Positions 57,287 through 64,000 of a stretch of 64,000 nt of DNA are shown here, one piece after another. A program made the position numbers and the translations under genes. Position 1 is the first letter of the stretch, and every line of letters starts with the position of its first letter. The notes under the pieces are model-generated. The model was not told where the DNA came from. It saw only the letters and a program-made list of their open reading frames with translations, and did no database searches. Source of the stretch: a virus (Duplodnaviria; Caudoviricetes); IMG/VR virus record IMGVR_UViG_3300002515_000003, positions 131,572 to 195,571 of that record; one strand, written 5' to 3'.

Positions 57287-58210
57287 CTAATCCCATTTTT
57301 TCCATTCAATTAAATCTTGATATTCTTCTTCTGTCAATACTACATCACTAATATGGAATCTTGTTTCTCCTATATCATCCATCTTAATTCTTGTCCTGTG
57401 GTACACTTTACTATTACAAATATTACAAATTCCAATAAATTTATATTTATTCTCTTGTTTTCTAACATACAAATATTCTTTAAAATCGTTACCACAGTTT
57501 GGACATTTGAATTTCCATTTGTATTCTCCATTATTTGTATAAGAAATCTCATGTTCAAATTGAATCCCTTGTTTACTAGAAATACATTTGATGGTGGATT
57601 TGATAGCAGTTTTAAGTTCATTACTATCAAATAACATAAACCCCTTGAAATTATCTTGAATCACAATGTTTTGTAGGAGTTTTGAAGCATAATATACATT
57701 ACTTAATCCTTTTCTAATTTCATAAATATGCTTAATATTAAAATAATCAATTGAACTTTCTAATCCTATTTGTTTACCCCTGTCTAATCCTAAAATTATT
57801 CCCATTTCATATTGAATGTCAATATAATTACCTAACCATAAACTATCTATATTATAATATAAACAGTTTCTCCTAATATCTAAAATAGGATTCATAGAAT
57901 TAACAACTATTAAATAATCCTCTCCCATAAATTCTTTTAAGGATTTTATAGCATTTATAAAAGAATCTCCATTATTAATTTCTGTTTCAGTAATTCCTAA
58001 TTTTATTAACACTGTTGGATTTATATCATATAGCTGAGGTTTTATATAGTTTATATATTTATCAACTTCTTTAAAATTTTCATCTAATTTCATAACACAT
58101 ATACGAACAATTTCAGCATGAAGTAAATCATTTAAATCTGGCATTTTCTTATCTTTGTACATACTGGGACGTATTTCATTTGCTTGGATATCTAAAATAA
58201 TATAATTCAT
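57287..58210 (-). CDS. DEDD 3'-5' exonuclease-like protein with C-terminal Zn ribbon, probably degenerate
   Basis: MNYIILDIQAN, YIKPQLY, GITE, YIDIQ; CPNC/CNIC. Confidence 0.65.
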   Translation of the reverse strand: MNYIILDIQANEIRPSMYKDKKMPDLNDLLHAEIVRICVMKLDENFKEVDKYINYIKPQLYDINPTVLIKLGITETEINNGDSFINAIKSLKEFMGEDYLIVVNSMNPILDIRRNCLYYNIDSLWLGNYIDIQYEMGIILGLDRGKQIGLESSIDYFNIKHIYEIRKGLSNVYYASKLLQNIVIQDNFKGFMLFDSNELKTAIKSTIKCISSKQGIQFEHEISYTNNGEYKWKFKCPNCGNDFKEYLYVRKQENKYKFIGICNICNSKVYHRTRIKMDDIGETRFHISDVVLTEEEYQDLIEWKKWD

Positions 58211-58649
58211 TCAATCACCTCTATTAGCATTTATTAAATTTGTGAAGATTCCATAGACTGCCAATAATTTTACCTTTAACTTTAGATAATTCCCATTTAT
58301 TGTTTATATAATTAAATACAACTTTTGTTGCTCTATTATGCAAAATTACTTTAGTATTATCATTTTTAAAATATATATAATCTCTATCACTTAATTTATC
58401 TGAATATTGTTCCTCAAATTGTTCTACTCTCATAATATAATAGTCCCCTTTTCTGATTCTCACTTAATATTATATCACAAATGTAAAAATATTAATCAAT
58501 GTAAATATTGTAACCTCATATAACCAATTCTAAGCCACTTAAATATCTTACCTTATAACTAATCCTCTTATAAATAAAAAGACTCAACCTATCACAGTTT
58601 AAGCCTTTTCATACTATTCTATTTCTGCTATTTTATCAATATCTTCTAC

Positions 58650-59122
58650 TTATTTTAAGTTATCTTTAGCGTATTGAGCCTCTGACGGTGTAAATTTCTC
58701 ACCATTTTTTGATATTAATTGGTCATAAACTGCACTTGGAGACATTGACATGTCTTTTTGATATGTTTGTGCTTTTTTTAATGCATTTTCTTTCCAATCA
58801 ACTTTTACATTATCTACTGCATATTGAGCAGATTCTTTTGAAAATTTCTCTCCATTCTCTGATGTTAACTGGTCATATATTCCTGCTTTAGACATTTGCA
58901 TAGTATCACCATATGTTTGTGCTTTTGCTAGTGCTGAAATATACTCTGTTGGAACAGATGGTTTTGTAGGTGCAGGAGTTTGTTTTGAAGTAGTATCTTT
59001 ACTTGCAATTGGTGCAGTAGACGCAGAATCTACTTTTGTAGGTGTATTACTTCCTGTTGAACCTGCAATACCTATAAGTACTACTATAGCTAATCCTGTT
59101 ATTATCTTATGTCTCATGAAGA
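58650..59122 (-). CDS. Ltp-family (superinfection-exclusion-like) protein, exon 2
   Basis: Two Ltp repeats AL.KAQTY...MS...YDQL.S.NGEKF...AQYA; joins exon 1 to read KDQRN-F-FMRHK (187 aa spliced). Confidence 0.85.
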
Positions 59123-61793
59123 ATATGAATAGGTAAGTTTTTGATGTTATCTCCAACTTTTCCCCTCATCCACACCGTACGTGAGACTTTCATCTCATAC
59201 GGCGTTCCCTCAATTATTATTTTACTTTTATTTTATATACAATTCACAATTTCCAACCAATTTACGAAGTTTATTAATCTTTTTTAAATTTTCTTTATTG
59301 AAAAATTTACTAATTTTATTTATATATTTTTCTATGGTTTCTTTTGTTATAGCATGAATTAGTTTATGGATATCTGAAATGACAAATGTTAAATTTGAAT
59401 ATTCATCTTTCCCACCAATGTTCCTAGGTATCTTATGATGTGAATCCATATTACTTATTTGTAACGATTCTCCTGTTATACTGCATTTACCCTTTTGTCC
59501 TACATATAGTGATATCCTATTATCGTTGTATTCAGTTGTTTCACCTTGTATTGGGTTTTCCATGATATATCTTAACGTTTGAAAATTGACACCATTAAGT
59601 TTATCATGGATTATTTCTCTACCTTCTTTAGTAAAGTTACATATATTTTGCGAAAAATTCATTACATTTTTAGTTTTTATTCCTGCTATTGGAAATAGTG
59701 CTATACCCTTTATATATATTGTTTTGTACTTGTATTCACCATAGTATTTCATATAAGCTTTACTTTTAGTACCTGTACTACCTCGTATTTGGATGGTACT
59801 ATTAAATAGGTTTTTGCTTACTAAGAAAGCAATTTTGGAAAAGTCTAAGTTTACATATGTTGCATATCTGTAGTAGTTATGCAATCCTAGTATGGATGCA
59901 TTATATCTATTTACAGTTGATACAGTTGGACTTTTCTTTATCTCCTTGATTCTTTCCAATATACTTTTTATAACTTTCTTTGTTGCTTTATCATTGATGT
60001 TGGACTTAATAACCTTTTTCTTGCCCTTTTTGATAACTTTCAGTTTGAATCCTAGGAAATTTGAATAATTCTTTTTGATATTAATTACTTTTGACTTTTC
60101 TAGACTAATATCTAAATACAACCTTTGTTTTAACCAGTTTTTAGTTGCAATAAATGCCTTTTGAGCCGTCTCATAATCTCTACACATTAATTTGAAGTCG
60201 TCTGCGTATCTGACTATAAACATTTCTTTGAGATTGGTGGTTCTTAATGCTCTACCTTTGTGGGTATCATTATATTTATGTTTAGTTTCAAATGTTTCCC
60301 ATTGACTACTAATCCACCAATCCAACTCATTTAGCACTATATTGCTTAATAAAGGTGATAAAATTCCACCTTGAGGTGTACCTTTGGTTGGGATACCTAT
60401 TCCTTTGATTTCAGCCTTTAGCATTTTTGAGATTATTGATATCAAACTTTTGTCTTGCACACCTAAAGTCCACATTTGTTTTAACAACTTACCATGATTT
60501 ACATTATCAAAGAAACCTTTAATGTCAATATCCACTACATAATGTAGATGGTTTCTATTAGCCAAGGATGTCATTCTTGATATTGCATGATGTGTGCTTC
60601 TATTAGGTCTAAATCCATAATTGTGATTATGAAATTTTGCTTCACATATAGGTTCTAATATTTGTTTGATACATTGCTGAATAAGTCTGTCCTCAATACA
60701 TGGTATTCCTAACGGTCTTGTACCTGTGCCACCGTTTTTAGGTATATCCACTCTTCTAACTGATTCGGGTTTATAGTCTATTAGTCTTTCTTTTACATAT
60801 TTAACAAGAAATTTAGGGTCTGTTTCTGCTAAATTCATTATATTGCTGAAATTAGTTCCAACTGTTATGCTCCCTTTATTTCTCTTTATATTTCGATATG
60901 CTAAGAGTATGTTTCTATCATCAGTAATTAATTCCATAAGATTTTTAAATTTCAAGTTGTCTTTGCTTTGTTTATATAGGTTATCTTGCACCTCTTGAAA
61001 GTCGTAATATTCGTTATTTCTCAGTAATCTTTTCTTTTTAAACTTCTTCAGTTTGACTGTCATTAGTCAGCTAATTCCTCATTTCTGCTGAATTTTGCTT
61101 CTCTTAGTCTTACTCGAACCTAATAATAATTGTTTTATTGTATTTTTTTTATAAAATAATATTGACTTGTGGCTATCCCTCCACTTCTTATTATCAAAGT
61201 TTCATAGGTACTATGCCACTACTTTACATCAATTAAGATAAGTTATAATTTTACTCTTTCCTTATCAACACTTCATAGATATTAAGTTCTCCATGTTTGA
61301 TGCTTACAACGTTCCAATAACTCTTATCCATACATATACTTTTAGGTAATTCCTTTAAGCCTGTGTGCTTGATACTGCCTATAACAGTATAAGGTTGTTC
61401 ATAGAAACTATTTTTACTTAACCTCACACACCCTACATCTTGAGTAGTGGGAACATTTCTGTTCTTTCCAAATTTAGACTCGTACATTCGGAATTTCGTC
61501 AGTTCCAATGGAACATTCTTACCATGAGTATTTTATGGACTCCCGACCTATCGTACACTCGACTACCTCTAGTTCGCTTTTCCTTTACTTTGTATATAAC
61601 ATAGCATTAGGGTGTACTCTCAGCCGACTTCACCGAGCTTATAACCATTTTATTCTTAACAATAAAATCGCTATTCGGAGTATTAGAGAAAGCCCTTCAA
61701 GACGTTACCCCCTCATTTGACTTTTAAAGTTATTAGTTCTCTTAACTCTTATTGAGTTAATGGCTAATCTTTTCAATTAGCAACGTTTCGCAC
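59123..61793 (-). mobile_element. group II intron (Ll.LtrB-like)
   Basis: 5' GTGCG at 61793; domain V/VI GAACGCCGTATGAGATGAAAGTCTCACGTACGGTGTG...CCTATTCATAT ending at 59123; putative EBS1 AGTTTCT (61409-61403) complementary to the exon end AGAAACT. Confidence 0.93.
59228..61063 (-). CDS. ltrA: group II intron reverse transcriptase/maturase with HNH domain
   Basis: RPLGIP, GFRPNRS, GTPQGGILSPLL, RYADD, HHKIP...NL. Confidence 0.96.
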   Translation of the reverse strand: MTVKLKKFKKKRLLRNNEYYDFQEVQDNLYKQSKDNLKFKNLMELITDDRNILLAYRNIKRNKGSITVGTNFSNIMNLAETDPKFLVKYVKERLIDYKPESVRRVDIPKNGGTGTRPLGIPCIEDRLIQQCIKQILEPICEAKFHNHNYGFRPNRSTHHAISRMTSLANRNHLHYVVDIDIKGFFDNVNHGKLLKQMWTLGVQDKSLISIISKMLKAEIKGIGIPTKGTPQGGILSPLLSNIVLNELDWWISSQWETFETKHKYNDTHKGRALRTTNLKEMFIVRYADDFKLMCRDYETAQKAFIATKNWLKQRLYLDISLEKSKVINIKKNYSNFLGFKLKVIKKGKKKVIKSNINDKATKKVIKSILERIKEIKKSPTVSTVNRYNASILGLHNYYRYATYVNLDFSKIAFLVSKNLFNSTIQIRGSTGTKSKAYMKYYGEYKYKTIYIKGIALFPIAGIKTKNVMNFSQNICNFTKEGREIIHDKLNGVNFQTLRYIMENPIQGETTEYNDNRISLYVGQKGKCSITGESLQISNMDSHHKIPRNIGGKDEYSNLTFVISDIHKLIHAITKETIEKYINKISKFFNKENLKKINKLRKLVGNCELYIK

Positions 61794-61884
61794 AGTTTCT
61801 TTGATCTTTACCACAACCTACACATTTTTTTACACCTTTTGCTATTTCTTTTCCACACGCTTTACATTTAGTCATTCCATTCAT
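61794..61884 (-). CDS. Ltp-family gene exon 1 (Zn ribbon)
   Basis: GGGGAG RBS; MNGMTKCKACGKEIAKGVKKCVGCGKDQRN plus 1 nt. Confidence 0.85.
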
Positions 61885-61951
61885 TAATAACTCCCCCTAA
61901 TATTTTCTTTTATTGTTTTAGATTTACTTGCTACTTTATTATTTTTAAATA

Positions 61952-62654
61952 TTAAATTGCTGTTTCCTTTCCCTTAATTTTAAATTCTTTAATTCCTAAA
62001 GATAAACATATGCCAAATGTTCCATAACCTAATCCTTTAGCCATAGTACCAAGTCCTATACTTATATTGCCTACGTCTTGATAATACACTTCTGCAAGTG
62101 ATGTACCACCTTCAGACTTTAACTCTTGCATAGCAAGTCCTGTAATATTCAAATGTTTACCTGCATCTACAAGTAACAAACAAGAATATAAACCTATTGC
62201 GATTACAACTATACCTAATACTTTTCTCATTAATAATCCCCCTATAATTTTATTATATATATTAAATTTATTTCTTGTTCTATTGTATATTATTATATTC
62301 TTAATGTCAAGTATAATTTTCAAACTATTTAAAATATTCCCAATATAATTATAATATCACAATCTTATATTTACAATCAAATTTGCTCACCTCTGTATCA
62401 TTTTTAGATTTCTGAATTTGAATTACTTTTGCTTTAGCTAATCCATTTATACTTTCGAATCTGTACAAATCAACTCCTAAATTAATTACTTTAATTGATA
62501 ATATTAATGTTAGTAGAATTGTCATCCTTTTTAGCTTATTATTTTGTATCATTTTAACTTTATTCCCCTTTGGTTGATTAATTATTTTATATGTTTTTAT
62601 CTCATGTGTATAATTATACTCCAAATTAAGGAATAAGTCAATATAATAATACAA
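61952..62654 (-). CDS. two small membrane proteins (true starts probably at the internal Mets MRKVL and MIQNN)
   Basis: Hydrophobic segments; GGGG RBSs before the internal ATGs. Confidence 0.55.
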
Positions 62655-62791
62655 AACATTTTAATATTATTTAGGGGATTATTTGAGATTAAAGAGAAAT
62701 AAAAAAGATATTACCACATTATATTCAATGCAATAATATCTTTATATTATATTATGTAATTATTTTTATGACGATATATTTAAAAGATGCC

Positions 62792-63160
62792 TTAATCATA
62801 TTTACGGCAATAATCAATTTCTTGCTTTATTAATTCTTCTAAAATTTTTCTAAGTTCGTTTCCTTTGGTTTCTGTATCGTCAGCACTTTCTAAAAGATGA
62901 CTTGTTATTTGTCTAAAGTCCATTTCGTCTCTTATTCTCATTTAAACCTCCTTCTGTTGATTTTCAAATCTCGAAATATCTTATCTTATATGTGCTTTAT
63001 TTAATGCCTTATATTCCTCATCAGTTTCTCTTTCAGCTTCAGCATCATAAACTTTATCGTCTGCAATGGCGTTGATTAATAAAGATATAGCAGATAACTT
63101 TTGTTTCTTATTGAGTAAGAATAATTCCTTTAATTTATAATCTAATAAATGTGTTTTCAT
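62792..63160 (-). CDS. two small unlisted ORFs (62792-62941, 62981-63160)
   Basis: AGGAG(G) RBSs; MRIRDEMDF... and MKTHLLDYK... Confidence 0.5.
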
Positions 63161-63254
63161 TTTATACTATTCTCCTTCAAATATCTAGTGTACAAGATAC
63201 TAAGCCCCTTGTCATGGCTATGTTCTTACATAGCCTACATATAAACAGTGTAGC

Positions 63255-63629
63255 CTATAATTTTTCATACAATTTACCTCTAAGAAGCTCTAGTTGTTCT
63301 TTAAGTTTCTTGTTTTCTTCTGTGAGTTCTCTAATCTTTTTATCCTTAGCCATAATGATTATATCTTTTGACTTAGCTGTTTTATCATACTTGGCTCTTT
63401 GATTCATAGTTCTACTTGTTTGCTTATCCCTAAGTTCCTCAATTCTCTTTTTAATATCTTCATTATTATAAAGAAAGGTTTTAGAAACTCCACCTAATTG
63501 GGAAACACTATTAAAGTTAATTTTTTGTTCAGTTAGAGAAAGCTCCCTAATGGCTTTATCCACCTTTTCTAAAGTAATTACACTTTTATTTTTTGCATAT
63601 TCTTTTAATCCTTTAGTGTGGTCTGCCAT
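63255..63629 (-). CDS. tnpC: Tn554 TnpC-like (DUF6262) protein
   Basis: INFNSVSQLGGVSKTFLY plus coiled coil. Confidence 0.8.
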   Translation of the reverse strand: MADHTKGLKEYAKNKSVITLEKVDKAIRELSLTEQKINFNSVSQLGGVSKTFLYNNEDIKKRIEELRDKQTSRTMNQRAKYDKTAKSKDIIIMAKDKKIRELTEENKKLKEQLELLRGKLYEKL

Positions 63630-64000
63630 TACGAATCCTCCCTTGATTTACCGTTCTTATGAACCAACTTTTGTTCTCTAACATTTCCTAATGTTTTCTC
63701 TAATATATTTAAATATTGCTTATTCTTTTCTTCCCAAAGTTCTCTCCCATATCTATTACTAACTTCTATCTGTGTTTTAACTTTTAGTATTTCTTCCTCA
63801 TATTCAGGGATATTCTTGGTAGCAGTACAGAAACTTGCACAAGTTAAACAATGATTCATTTGTTGCTTACATGGTATCTTAGAAGCTTTAAAACATATTC
63901 CAAACGGGACTCTTACAGCGTCTAAATTTTTTTTAACAAATGCATACTTAACTAAATTTTCTCCTGCATCAGTTGATGTGTCAACCTCTATAAGTTCATT
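63629..64000 (-). CDS. Tn554-type integrase C-terminus (partial)
   Basis: AVRVPFGICFK...PCKQQMNHCLTCASFCT Cys-rich tail; frame open to the window edge. Confidence 0.75.
   Translation of the reverse strand, partial: NELIEVDTSTDAGENLVKYAFVKKNLDAVRVPFGICFKASKIPCKQQMNHCLTCASFCTATKNIPEYEEEILKVKTQIEVSNRYGRELWEEKNKQYLNILEKTLGNVREQKLVHKNGKSREDS

Larger units (their letters stand above)
63190..64000 (-). mobile_element. right part of a Tn554-like element
   Basis: C-terminus of a TnpB(Tn554)-type tyrosine recombinase followed by a TnpC-like gene; the end coordinate is approximate. Confidence 0.7.

Noticed and set aside
59228-61063. RT as a retron, DGR or defence RT
   Set aside because: It has maturase and HNH domains, intron domains V/VI and exact splice boundaries, so it is an ordinary group II intron protein
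61251-61720. ORFs 61251-61508 and 61508-61720
   Set aside because: They lie within the structured intron RNA domains
1362-63402. Many plus-strand ORFs in the track
   Set aside because: They are antisense shadows of minus-strand genes, with Ser/Leu/Phe-rich composition and no RBS; only 51183-51473 is credible
1-64000. CRISPR array, tRNA or rRNA genes
   Set aside because: No regularly spaced repeat-spacer units or tRNA/rRNA-like sequence noticed by eye; a scan would be needed to exclude tRNAs fully

Overview
Very AT-rich DNA with almost every gene on the minus strand, most consistent with the early/replication arm of a large SPbeta-like clostridial (pro)phage. Contents from left to right: a partial DpdA/TGT-like gene next to a QueT transporter; a XerC-like recombinase; an SPbeta-type replication block (RecD2, DnaE, PD-(D/E)XK nuclease, primase, DnaB-like helicase, AAA_24 ATPase); RusA; long arrays of small hypothetical genes; several free-standing endonucleases; a doc toxin/antitoxin pair broken by a left-end-deleted IS200/IS605; guanylate kinase; a PLD nuclease; YopR/MrpR-like and YopQ-like genes; KptA; an XRE regulator; an Ltp-like gene split by a group II intron; and the end of a Tn554-like element. 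The top candidate for a new system is a PemK/MazF domain fused to a TPR domain (48345-49319), followed by an unannotated 50-aa secreted-peptide gene (48121-48273). A second, split PemK + TPR copy lies directly upstream of the yopQ/yopR-like genes. Together these suggest an arbitrium-like peptide-sensing system with an RNase-fold output. There are also two dispersed DNA motif families: an operator-like motif next to promoters, and an 18-bp palindrome at gene boundaries. All family calls come from motif recognition by eye; no database searches were run.
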